A stretch of 64,000 bases of DNA, from NCBI GenBank assembly GCA_965240325.2, contig OZ251223.1, forward strand, positions 3,286,001-3,350,000, given 5' to 3'. This stretch comes from Rebecca billardiae RCC1528 (Eukaryota; Protista; Haptophyta). This document shows, one piece after another, positions 53,806 through 64,000 of the stretch. The notes below the pieces were generated by a model. That model saw only the letters and a list, made by a program, of their open reading frames with translations, did no database searches and had not been told where the DNA came from. Position 1 is the stretch's first letter. Every line of letters starts with the position of its first letter. A program made the translations under genes and the position numbers.

Positions 53806-56490
53806 TTAGGATAACATCGTCACAGCCATCGGAGTCCGTCGGCAGCGTTGTGCCGGGTCACACACATGGCGCACAGCCTCAAATCGCCGCAGCCGCTCCG
53901 AGGGGCTCAGCGCCATGCATGGCAGATTGTCGGGAGCGCCTGCCACTGCGTGGTGCGCCTTGCCCAGATGTGGAATGCCTCCAAGTCTCTGCATGAGCCG
54001 CTCGAAGCCCAGGAGCGCCTGTGCCATCGGCGCAGCAGTCCGCCACCAGACGTTGAAGCACGCCACGTCCTGACCGCCACCGTTGACCGCAAGCAGGGCA
54101 GGCCGATGGGCTGCGGCAGCGACCAGCTTGATCTCGAGCAGCTGGCCGGCGTGCGGCGCGCCCAGCTCAGCGTGAACGGCGCCCATCACCTGCCCTAGCC
54201 GGTGCAGTGGAAACGCGTATTCGCTGGACACCCAGGCAGCCTCCCCGCCAGCCAAGCCGGCGCCGCACGTGTCCTGCCGGCCATCTGCCGGAGAGCTGCG
54301 CACACCCTCGGCCCCCGTCTCGCGGGCGACGGCCTCGTCATCTCCCGCAGGCAGCGCGAATGTGGCGCCTGCGTCGGCGCCGTCGTGCCCACGCGCCGAG
54401 TGCGCACGGGCGAACCAGTTGCGCCCGCTCTGCGGCACGGCGGGCTCGCCGCCGCACGCCGAGCACTCGCCCGGCGCCGTGCGGGCCAGGCAGGTGAGCA
54501 CGGCCTCTGCTTCCCCCAGCCGCCAGTGCGCCCAGGCGTGCTCGTGCGATCGCGCGCACGCGACCAGCTGCTCCGCCGCGTCGTCGGTGAGCATCGGCAG
54601 CCGGTGCTGGCACCGACTCAGCGCGTGGGCGGGCACGACCTCGAGCTCGACTGCGACGACGACACCCAGCATGCCGCAGCCCGCGCGCCACGCGGCCAGC
54701 TGCTCGTCCGCCGCCCCTGTGCCTGCGGGCGTCCCTGTGAGCCAGCTCGCCCCTTGCTCACAGCGCGCGTCGCTGGCTGGCGCCACGGCGGCGGCGGCGG
54801 CTGGCGTGACCACGCACACGCCCGTCACGCTGTTGGACAGCGTGCCGTGGCGCAGGCTCGAGCCGTGCGAGCCGAAAGCGATGGCGCCGCCCACCGTCTG
54901 CTCGAGCAGCATCGGCGGCGCGGCAAGGGTGAGGCCGCGAGCGGCCAGCCAGCGCAGCAGGGTGCTGAGCAGCGTGCCTGCGCCAACCCGTACCCGCGTG
55001 ATGGGCTCGCCGTCGGCCGTGGCGTCCGTCGCGCCCGCCCGCGGCGCGGGCCGCACGTACTCCAGGCGGCGCGTCTCGAGGCGGAGACTCACCTCTGCCT
55101 GCCCCCAGCACGTCCAGGAGTGCTCGGTGCCGACGACGGCAACTGTGCCAGTGTGGCCTCTGAGCGCCGCGGCGACGTCGCGCGCGCTGAGCGGCATGCA
55201 CGTGAGCGCGGCGTGCATCACGCGAGTCCCCGTGGCGTTGGGCACGGCCGGCAGGCGCACGGGGCACAGAGGCGATGCCTCCACACGCACTGCCGACTGC
55301 GCGCGCGCTGCCGCCAGAATGGCTTGCACGACTCTGAGGTCGCACAGCGCGTCCCTCGCGGACGTGTGATGCGCCTCGGCGGCACGGCCCCGTGAGAGCT
55401 GGCCCGCGGCACGCGCGACCGCGAGCATCGCGTCGGCCAGCGCCTCGCGCACGCCGCCGCTCACCCAGCCGTCCCCCTGCACGCGCACGGTGCGCGGCTC
55501 GGCGGGTGGGCGCTCGAGGACAATGGTCTGCGCGTCCGCGTCCCAGGTGAGCGCGCCCGTGCTCCCGCGCACGCGCACGCGCGCCAGCTGCGAAGGCGGC
55601 TCGGCGCCCGGCCGGCCCGACTGCTGCTCGACGAAATGCCACGACAACTCGCCCACAACACGCCCCGCCGCCGCCGCCTCCGCGTGTGACGGGCCGACTG
55701 GCAGTGGGGGGCTGTCGCTGCGCTCGTCGTCGTGGCCACAGTGGGCAAGCCACGCGGTGCCGCGCTCGCCATCACCGTGCATGCTCACGCGGGAGACAGC
55801 GCATGGCTCCCCGAACCAGATCCGCAGCGCCCGCACGACGTGCACGACCACGTCGGTCAGCCAGTAGCCGTCATACGCGCCGGGCTGGCGCCATGCGCAC
55901 CGGTCGAGCGGCGGCACTGTGCGCACCAGCTCGAAGCGATAGTCCAGTGGCTGGCCGAGCGCGCCCTCCTCGAGGAGGTCACGCACGGCGCGCACGCCCG
56001 GCTTGCACGCCCAGTTCTCGAGCACGCACCACGCCAGCGGGCGCTCCGCGGTCTCGAGCAGGCGCAGCACCTCCTCCGCGCGCGCTGCCGACTCACCACA
56101 GATCGGCTTCTCGGAGATGACGTGCTTCCCCGCGAGAAGGGCGGCGCGCACGAGGTCGAGCTGGAGCGGGATCGGCGCTGCGAGGTCAACCACGTCGACG
56201 GACGAGTCGGACAGAAGCTCATCTATGCCGGTGTACCATTGGAGCTGCTCTCCCCATCCGCCCAGGCGCTTGCGGCCGGCGGTGACATCGCGCGTGCATG
56301 CAGAGACAACGCGCACCTCGACTGAGGATCCACCCGGAGCGCGTCGCTCGAGGCGCTGCAGGGCGGGAATGTGAGCACGGCGCATGATGAAGCCTCCCAC
56401 ACCGCAAATGCCCACGCCCAGCCCCCGTCGACTGCTCGCAGCAGTGGCCGGGCTCGACCAGCTTGCAGGAGCGGTCTGCTCGTCGGCCAT
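53806..56490 (-). CDS. Fusion of a Gfo/Idh/MocA NAD(P) oxidoreductase and an FAD-linked aldonolactone oxidase (ALO/GULO-like)
   Basis: N-terminal half: VGICGVG, LLSDSSVDVVDLAAP, ALLAGKHVISEKP, DVVVH. C-terminal half: VVGTEHSW, VGAGTLL, QTVGGAIAFGSHGS, GMLGVV, SEYAFP, GGIPHLGK, VCDP. One uninterrupted ORF. Confidence 0.85.
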   Translation of the reverse strand: MADEQTAPASWSSPATAASSRRGLGVGICGVGGFIMRRAHIPALQRLERRAPGGSSVEVRVVSACTRDVTAGRKRLGGWGEQLQWYTGIDELLSDSSVDVVDLAAPIPLQLDLVRAALLAGKHVISEKPICGESAARAEEVLRLLETAERPLAWCVLENWACKPGVRAVRDLLEEGALGQPLDYRFELVRTVPPLDRCAWRQPGAYDGYWLTDVVVHVVRALRIWFGEPCAVSRVSMHGDGERGTAWLAHCGHDDERSDSPPLPVGPSHAEAAAAGRVVGELSWHFVEQQSGRPGAEPPSQLARVRVRGSTGALTWDADAQTIVLERPPAEPRTVRVQGDGWVSGGVREALADAMLAVARAAGQLSRGRAAEAHHTSARDALCDLRVVQAILAAARAQSAVRVEASPLCPVRLPAVPNATGTRVMHAALTCMPLSARDVAAALRGHTGTVAVVGTEHSWTCWGQAEVSLRLETRRLEYVRPAPRAGATDATADGEPITRVRVGAGTLLSTLLRWLAARGLTLAAPPMLLEQTVGGAIAFGSHGSSLRHGTLSNSVTGVCVVTPAAAAAVAPASDARCEQGASWLTGTPAGTGAADEQLAAWRAGCGMLGVVVAVELEVVPAHALSRCQHRLPMLTDDAAEQLVACARSHEHAWAHWRLGEAEAVLTCLARTAPGECSACGGEPAVPQSGRNWFARAHSARGHDGADAGATFALPAGDDEAVARETGAEGVRSSPADGRQDTCGAGLAGGEAAWVSSEYAFPLHRLGQVMGAVHAELGAPHAGQLLEIKLVAAAAHRPALLAVNGGGQDVACFNVWWRTAAPMAQALLGFERLMQRLGGIPHLGKAHHAVAGAPDNLPCMALSPSERLRRFEAVRHVCDPAQRCRRTPMAVTMLS

Positions 56491-56867
56491 CGTGGGTGAT
56501 TCTACCTTAGTAACCTAACCTGTCTCTTATTCTTAGTCATCATACAAACTGTAGTATCATGACACAGCGGTAAGCAGCTACGACTATTAATTGGCGCAGG
56601 GGCCAGGGGCCCGCACCGGGGCACCCCACCATCCGAGTCCCGGGACGACCGAAGCAGCATCAGTTGTCGCACTTCCGGACCGCCGGCCCGGCGCTCCCGC
56701 TCCGTGGTCGAGTGGATGGACAGTGGTCGGCACGCGCGCCGGCGCGGCCTCCGAGCCGCCTCCGCGGGTCGTGCAGATCCGGTGGCCGGTGGCCGATTGT
56801 ATCAAGCCACCGCGGTCACCAGCAAGTGATCAGCGCACATCGGTGACTCCCGGCTGGGCGGCGCGGC

Positions 56868-57684
56868 TCAGATCTCGTACTTGAGATCGGGGACGTTTTT
56901 CGAGTCGCCGTTGCCCTCCATCAGAGCGTCCTGTGCGGCGGTCACGCGGAGGATCGTCTTCTTGCTCGGCTCCTGCGCGCAGCAGCGTGCGCGCAAAGGT
57001 GCTCGTCAGGGTGGACACGGGCGCAGGGCGGTGGCGAAGATGGGGCGGCATGGTGCGGCGTGGACGCACGCTGGTGCGTTTGACGTGCCTGCAGCTCGCC
57101 CGACATCATCAGCTCATCGAGGATGTGGTACGCCTTGTGGAAGTTGAAGATGAGGTCGAGCTCACACACGTTGCCAAAATAGCGGTCGAGGACCTCGACA
57201 AAGTGGTGGATGGTTTCGAGGACGATCAGCTCGTTGTCGGTGGTGTCGACGCACGCGATGAAGTACAAGCTCGCATAGCGCTTGTAGATGACCTTAAGGT
57301 CGCGCCAGTCCAAAAAGTTGCACTGCTTCTGCTGCCGCGACAACACCATCGCACTCACCTGACGAGCGGCAGCCAGAGGGCGCACGGTGCGATGGCGGGC
57401 GAGGCGTGATGAGCGCGGTGATCACGCCAGGCGCCCGCGCACCCGATGACGCACCTCACGCGTCGTCCGTGTCTTCTCCTTCGCGTTGTAGGGAGAATAC
57501 CACTTTGTCAGCCGGACCTTGCCCTGTCGGCTGCGGGTGCGCAATCCGACGCGCGGGAGCACCGCCGAGAGTGTGGCACGAAGGCGTGCGTGGTCAGAGC
57601 GCGGGCGAGCTGCTAGCGGAGCGCGTGCGTCGGCACGACCGGGGACCGTCGGGCGCACCTGATGAGCATCACGAAGTGAATCAT
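56868..57684 (-). CDS. AP1S: AP-1 adaptor complex sigma subunit; exons 57684-57659, 57530-57455, 57358-57089, 56972-56868
   Basis: [72 protein letters not shown]|EPSKK. Confidence 0.93.
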
Positions 57685-57865
57685 GGCGGACGCCGCCGCC
57701 ACACCCAGCGAGGCAGCGCAGCGATGGCGGCGCGCCGATGTGCTCGGGTGCCTGGGAAAGACATCAGTCCTGGTGAGTAGTCCGGATGGAGGCAGCCTCG
57801 GCCTTCTGCGCGTGCCGCAGCCTGACAGGGCGCCACGGGCGCCGCGGCCTGCCAGCCAGCGGTGG

Positions 57866-60800
57866 ATGGCGACGGGCAAATCGACGATCAGCTTCAAGCT
57901 GAAGAGCGCGCGCGACTATGACAAGATCGAGTTCGCGGGCGTTTTCCTCTCCGTGTGTGACCTCAAGCGCGCCATCATCGACAAGACGATGAAGTCGGCC
58001 GCGAGCGACATGTTCGCGCTCGTGCTGTCGAACGCTTCATCCGGCGAGGGTGAGTTGGCCGCGCGCGCACGGCCGGCCCGGGCGCCCTCGTCTCGGCGGA
58101 TGCGACAGCGTGGCCGCCATGCATCAACATTGCACTCGCCCTCTGATCGCAGTGCCGCTGGCCGCGGCTTCCCGCTGTACCGTGCCGTTCGCAGAACTCG
58201 CCGATGATGACTTCTTAGTGCCCGCAAACACGTCAGTCCTAGTTCGGCGTGTTCCACTCACGCACGGCACGCAGTCATCGACGAGCAAGCCACCCGATGC
58301 TGCGAAACCGTCACCAACGTACGCATGCCGGCCCACCTCGCGCGCGGCTCGCGCAAGCGGGCCTGCGCGGTCTGGCGGCGCGAGGCCCAGCGGGCCGTGG
58401 CCGCCCCCACCATGGCTGCGCCGCCCGCTGCCCGCGTGGCCTGCACGTCGGGCTCCGGCGCGGGCGGAGTATGCTGAGCGTGCGCAGTATGTCCCAGCCA
58501 AGCACGCCCTGTGCCATCGCAGGTGGCCCTGGCCCGCGTGTGTGCATGCGCTGACAGCGCCCGCCCTCCTGTGCGCGCGCGTGCCCGTGCGCGCAGGCCC
58601 GTGCCACCGTCGAGAAGTCGACCGGAGTCGGCAGGGAAGGCTGCTATGGTGCGCGCTCGCGCGTTTGCTCGCGCGCGCGCGCCTTGCCTCCCCCCCCCGC
58701 TCGATCGAGCCGCGTCCATCCCTCTGGTGCTGCCTCGGCCCAATCGCTTCGTCAGCTCACGTGCTGTGCCGTGGCCATCGCTCTGCCCATGTGTGCGCAC
58801 ACCCTTCCGCTCGCGCGCGCAGGAGCCGGCACCGACGGCGCCACGGCCGCCCCCGCCAGCGCCCGCGATCACATCCGCGCTCCCCGCGAACGACGGCTCG
58901 GTCTCGCAGCCGTCCTTTTTGAACGACCTCCTGCCGCTGGCCGATGCGGAGCGCCCAGAGCCGTCGCTGTTGGCTGCTGCGCTGGACGCACCGCCGCTCG
59001 ATCCGCCGCCGCCGGCCGGCCATCGCAGCTCGGAGGACGACTTGCTCAAGGCGATGATGAGCGACGAGGCCACCAAGTGGAAAGGCAGCGGTGGGCGCGG
59101 CGGCGGCGGCTTCATCGGTGGGCGCGGTGACTACGGCGGCGGGCGCGGCGGCGGCTGGGGCCGTGGCGGGCGCGGCGGTGGCGCGCCACAGGGGACGCCC
59201 CCGCCTGGTTACGTGTGCTTCAAGTGCGGCATCCCGGGCCACTTCATCCAAAGCTGCCCGTCCGGCCCCGGCGAGCGCCCCGCCGAGGTGAAGCTGCACC
59301 GCGCGCCCGTCGGCATCCCCAAGTCGTGGCTGCAGGCTGTTGCAGACAAGGAGGAGGGAGGGCTGATGCTTCCGGACGGAACCTTTGCCAAGATGGTGCC
59401 TCAGGTGCAGCAGTTCGAGGCGGCGACGCAGAAGGCGCCGGGCGCGGGCATGGAGGTGCCCCCCGAGCTGCGCTGCCCGGCGCAGTCGTGCTCGCGCATG
59501 TTCCGAGAGCCGGTGCGTGCCGCCTTGCGCCCCGCGGCCGCACCCAGCCGCGCCGCGTGCCCGCGCGCGTGTGTCCGCGCGCGATCCACGGATGAGACTT
59601 GACCAAACTATAGGAAGTGCCGTCTGACACCCACGTGATTATGCTGGTTCTCTGAGGATCGCGAGCGCGACACCGCGGCGAGCAGCAGCGAGCTGCGTGG
59701 CGAATCCCGTGCCACGGCTCGTGCCAGCCCGCCCGCTGACGCGCGCCAGCGCCCCACGCGCGCGGCGCGTCCCCGGCCGGTCATGGCTGTGCTGCGCCTG
59801 CGCCGCACGCGCTGCTTTGCTCAGGTCGTTCTGACGTGCTGTGGCAACTCAGTCTGCTCGGAGTGCGTGCCGTCGGTGTTGGTAAACGACGGTAGCGATG
59901 ACGGTGGCACGCGCTGCCTGCTCTGTGCCAAGCCAGGCATCAGCGTCGACGACCTGATCCCGAACAAATTGCTGAGGCAGGTCGTGGCCCTGTACACCGA
60001 GCTGAGCGCTCGGGACGCAAAGCGCCCGCGGCCGCGGCCAAACGCGCCCGGCACGGGCTCGGCGGCGCCGGCTGGCGCGGAGGCGCAGAGTGAGGACGAG
60101 GGCGCTCCAGCCGCCGCTGCGTGCCCGGCGTCCGCGCTCGTCACAGCCGAACCAGCGGCCACAGAGCCGCTGCCACGCGACCCCAGCGCCGAGCCTGCTG
60201 CGCGCGCTGTCGCGTCCGAGCGCGCGCCCGCCGCTGCCGACGCGAGCGCAGCCGCCGCGGACACGCACGCCCCTGGTGCGGACGGCGAGGCGGATGGGGC
60301 GAACGAGACGACCGGGACGCGGGCAGACGCGTCCGCGCCCGCGGAACACGCGAGGTCCGCCTCGCCATCGAGGTCGAGGACGCCGCCCTCTGAGCGGCGG
60401 TTGCGCGACGGAGATGTCCGGAGGCCGGGCGCCGGCGGCGCGAGCGGCGGGCGTGGAGGCGCAAACGACGGCAGGCGGCGCGGGTGGAACGAGAGGGGTG
60501 CTGGCTACGGCATGGGCGGCGGCGGCATGGCATCGGCGTGCGCCTCGGGTCCGGGCATGTTCGGCGGCGGCTTCGGCCAGATGGGCGGTGGCGGTGGCGC
60601 CGGCTACAACCCGATGGCTGCCATGATGGCTGCCGCGCAGATGAGCCAGATGATGGGCGGCGGGCCGGCGATGCTCGGCTGCGGCAACATGATGGGGGCG
60701 GGCGGGATGCTCGGCGGGCCGATGATGGGCCCGCCGATGTGCGGCATGCAGGGCGGCATGTACGGCATGATGAACCCCGCCATGATGGGCATGGGCGGCT

Positions 60801-62578
60801 TCCCGCCCCAGATGGGGCCGATGGGCGGAGGAGGGAGCGCCCCCTCGGCGCCCGGCTTTGGCCCTGGCCCGCGCATGGGTGGTGATGACTGGGCGGCGGA
60901 CCGCTTGGGCACGGCGCGCGGGCGCGACGCCGAGGGACGCGGGAGGGGCTCGGCTCGGGGCCGCGGCGGCCGCGACGGTCGCGGTGGCCGCGAAGGCCGC
61001 GACGGCCGCGACGCGCGCCCTGCCGGCGGCTCGCACACGGAGCCGCGACGGCCCGCAGCCGGCGGCGCGCCGCGTGGCGCAGCCGCGGAGAGGAGAGTCG
61101 GTGGCAGCAGCGGCGACGATGACGACGGCCCTTCGCTGGTTGAGCTTGCCCTGCAGAAGAAACGAAGGGCGTCGGAAGCGCTGGGTGCCGACGCGGGAGG
61201 TCCGTCGGGCGCTCCAGCCTCTCCCACGCGCGTGGGTGCTGCCGACGAGCCGAAGCATGCCGCTGCCGCCGCCCGCCCCGATCAGCCACGCACGGCTGAT
61301 GCCTCCGGCGGCGCGTCAGCCGGCGGCCGGCCTGCGCGTGAGCCGTCGTCGCGTGCGGCTCCGGCCGCGCCGCGTGACGAGGACGATGAGGAGTGGGGCC
61401 TCGGCCTGGATGACGACGACGACATCGACCTGGCGGACATGATCGTGGGCGAGGACGTCGAGCAGGATGGTGGCGAGGCGAGCCTGGACGGCGGTCGTGC
61501 ACTTGCGCCGAAGCCGGCGAGTGCGGCGCGCACTGAGGAGCAGCCATCGCCACGGCCGCGCGCAGACGCGCCTCGTGAGCGCGAGCCGCGCAGCAGCGGC
61601 ATCAGCGCCGGTGAGCGGGCAGGGCCGAACGGCGCGGCGGGTTCCAAGCACGGTCGGCCACGCAGCCGCGACGACGACAATGACGCGCGGCATAAGCGCC
61701 CTCGCGGCGGTGGCGGCGGCGGCACCGGTGGCGGAATGTCGTCGCGCGAGCCTGCTGGCGCGGGCAGGTTTGAGACGCCGGCGGCGCGCCCCTCGGCCGG
61801 CGAGCGCTCGGCCGACGACCGAGGCCCCGGCGATCGGAGCCGGGACGCCAATCGTGATCGAGGCCACGACCGCGACCGGGACCGCGACCGGACCCGCGAC
61901 CGGGACCGCGACCGGGACCGCGACCAAAGCCGAGATGGTCGCCGAGATCGAGATCGAGATCGAGATCGAGAGCCCGGTCGCGGGCGTGAGAGGCCGTCCG
62001 GCCATGACGGCGGGCAGTCGGCGACAGACGGAGGCAGGGCGCACCACGGCGGAGACTGGCGCGAGCGCTGGCATGAGCGCGACCGGAGCGGCGAGCGCGG
62101 GCGGGACGATCGAGAGCATGGGCGAGATGATCGCCGCGAGCGCGAGCCCGCCCGCCCTCGCGAGCGTGATCGCGGGCACGGCCATGAGCGCGACCGCCGT
62201 GGCGACCATGACAGGCACCCTTTGCGTCAGCGCGACCGCTCGCGCTCGCGCGAACGCGAACGCGAGCGAGTCGGTCGCAGCGCGGATGAGGGCAGCAATC
62301 GTGGTGGGAGCGACCGTGGTGGCCACTCACAGCGCAATGCCAATCCCCCGGAGCGCGAGCACCGGGTGGAGCCCTCACGCCCCTCCGGAAATGGCTCCGC
62401 GCGCGACAGCACGCCGTCGCGAGGGGACGCGCATGCCGGCAGGGGCGGACCCCGGAGTCGCGGTCAAGGCCCCCGCCCAGGGCCTGGCCCGGGCGGAGGC
62501 TCTGGACACGGAGGGGGCAGGAGCAACGGACCTCCAGGCGACCTTCGCGCTCGTCTGCAAGAGATGAAGCGCCGATGA
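57866..62578 (+). CDS. RBBP6: RBBP6/Mpe1-like E3 ligase (DWNN, zinc knuckle, RING, RD/RS-rich tail); exons 57866-58049, 58195-58318, 58597-58648, 58823-59512, 59825-62578
   Basis: ISFKLKSARDYDKIEF...LSVCDLKRAI...LVPANTSVLVRRVP (DWNN); PPPGYVCFKCGIPGHFIQSCP; GIPKSWL; PPELRCP...FREP|VVLTCCGNSVCSEC...CLLC...DLIPNKLLR; the small middle exon is less certain. Confidence 0.88.
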
Positions 62579-62817
62579 TGTTATATATTTATTATTTTTA
62601 AAAACATATCTGATGTAGTCGTAAGCTACTCGGTACTTAATACGCGTACGGCGGCCCGCGGCGGCGTACGCCAGTACAGTATGACAGAATCAGATGACTC
62701 ATCAGATGAGCCATCATCGTCCGGTACGATCAACCGGTACTGCCGCTGCCACCGGAAACGTCGTCGCTGGCTATTGAAGGCGGCTGTGGGCCTCGTAGAG
62801 CAGTTACCGTTGCCCAA

Positions 62818-63692
62818 TCACTTCTTCTTGTCCTCATCGGCTGGCTTGATCACACGCAAACGAATGAGCTCATCGCGTACGCTCTCAACACGGCTGAAGA
62901 CGAGAAGCGCCGAGCCGAGCTGCGCCACCATCACTTTGCTGCCCGCGTACTTGACGTCAAGCGTCACGATGCGCTGGGAGGAACCGTCCTTGGCCTGGAT
63001 CTGCTTGCCCAGGCCATCGACCATCGACGAATAGACGAGCCTCAAGCGCGGGCTCTCCAGCGAGTACGTACCCGACAGGACATTCCGGATATTCGGAAAG
63101 GGTCCAAAGACGCGGAGGATCTCGTTAGCCTGTCGTGCGTAATGGCGGGCGGCGGGTTCCGCGTCCAGGGGTGCGTCAGGCGTGCGCGCCGGGCCAACGC
63201 ACGCGGGGTGAGATGCGGCGCACTTCGAGCTCTCACCTCGCACTTCTTCGCCTTCCCGGAGCCGATGCTGAGGAAGAAGTCCTCGAAGGACGTGCCGGGC
63301 AGCGTGTGGAGCCCAGTTCCAATCGATTCGAGCGCCTCAGCGGTAGGCACCCACTGCAGCGACCAGGCGCCTGCCACGAGATCGATTGTCGGGGCTTGGC
63401 CAAGGCCGACGAGCTTGTCAATCAGCGCGTCGATGGCCGTCATATCGCGCTTCGATTCGCCCACTCTCTCCAAGAGCTCTGTCTCGGCCGTTTCATCCTT
63501 TGGTTGCTGCGCGAGCGCTGACGGAGCTTTCTGCTTCTTGCGGGCTGCCATGGTCACGATGCGCGAGCGGCAGCCCAGTGCACGAGTCATAGAGACAGGG
63601 TGCATCGGCCGCACAAGCGCCGTCGCGGCACCCACGGCGAGCCAGGCCAGGCAGATTGTCGCCGTCATCGATGGGCAAGGCCGGGGCACCAT
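62818..63692 (-). CDS. Plastid-targeted PAP/fibrillin-like protein; intron 63130-63236; start at 63692 or 63668
   Basis: Signal peptide (ICLAWLAVGAATA) plus Arg/Ser-rich transit-like stretch; IDALIDKL...LVAGAWSLQW fibrillin-like start; beta-rich C-terminus ending LLVFSR. Confidence 0.6.
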
Positions 63693-63864
63693 GCTGAATG
63701 AAGTCCCCGCGCGTCTCTCTCGCGAGTGTTCGATGTCCTGAGCGTCCACTGTCGCGCGACTTCCGGCTTCGTCCCCGCCGAACTGCCGAAGAGTCGAAGA
63801 CTGAGCCATCGGCAGTCCTGCAATGGCGGTCGGAGGTGTGCGCGACTCAACCAACCAGACGACC

Positions 63865-64000
63865 ATGGGCGCAGCGCGCAGGGTCGCGGTGGCGTGTTTG
63901 CTGTGGGCGTGCCTCGTGCGCGAAGTGGGAGCTACCCAGCCGGCACAGCGAGCCCGCACGACGCTCGCACCACTCATCACAAGCGGGCGGGTTGCCGTCT
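63865..64000 (+). CDS. 5' end of a probable secreted-protein gene running off the window
   Basis: ATG 63865 MGAARRVAVACLLWACLVREVGA.. is signal-peptide-like and open to the edge; 172 bp head-to-head with the previous gene. Confidence 0.45.
   Translation, partial: MGAARRVAVACLLWACLVREVGATQPAQRARTTLAPLITSGRVAV

Overview
This is very GC-rich, intron-containing eukaryotic nuclear DNA. The composition, the short CG-rich introns and a bipartite plastid-targeting presequence fit a haptophyte-like alga, but that taxon is my inference. About 25 protein-coding genes can be modelled by eye: a SET/CS protein, Hikeshi, SPO11-2-like, a TylF methyltransferase, TOP1, a BART-kinase fusion, EEF1AKMT1, SEC13, ALG1, SRPRB, a cyclophilin-like protein, an IQ-PH-PDZ protein, eIF1A, CobW/ZNG1, NUP155, an RCC1-repeat surface protein, a DAG lipase, a macro-domain protein, a Gfo/Idh/MocA-aldonolactone oxidase fusion, AP-1 sigma, RBBP6, a fibrillin-like protein and several hypotheticals. 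Most genes sit in head-to-head pairs only about 125-265 bp apart. The main non-coding highlights are: (1) a 1520-bp near-perfect palindromic element with TTAA flanks inserted in the SPO11 bidirectional promoter; (2) two copies of a ~550-600-bp foldback-like element; (3) a small MITE; (4) an 876-bp tandem duplication with internal 77-bp repeats; (5) a duplicated gene end showing that non-coding DNA here decays by clustered micro-insertions beside untouched GC blocks. No rRNA, tRNA or CRISPR array was recognised. All gene models and family calls come from manual motif recognition; no database search was run.
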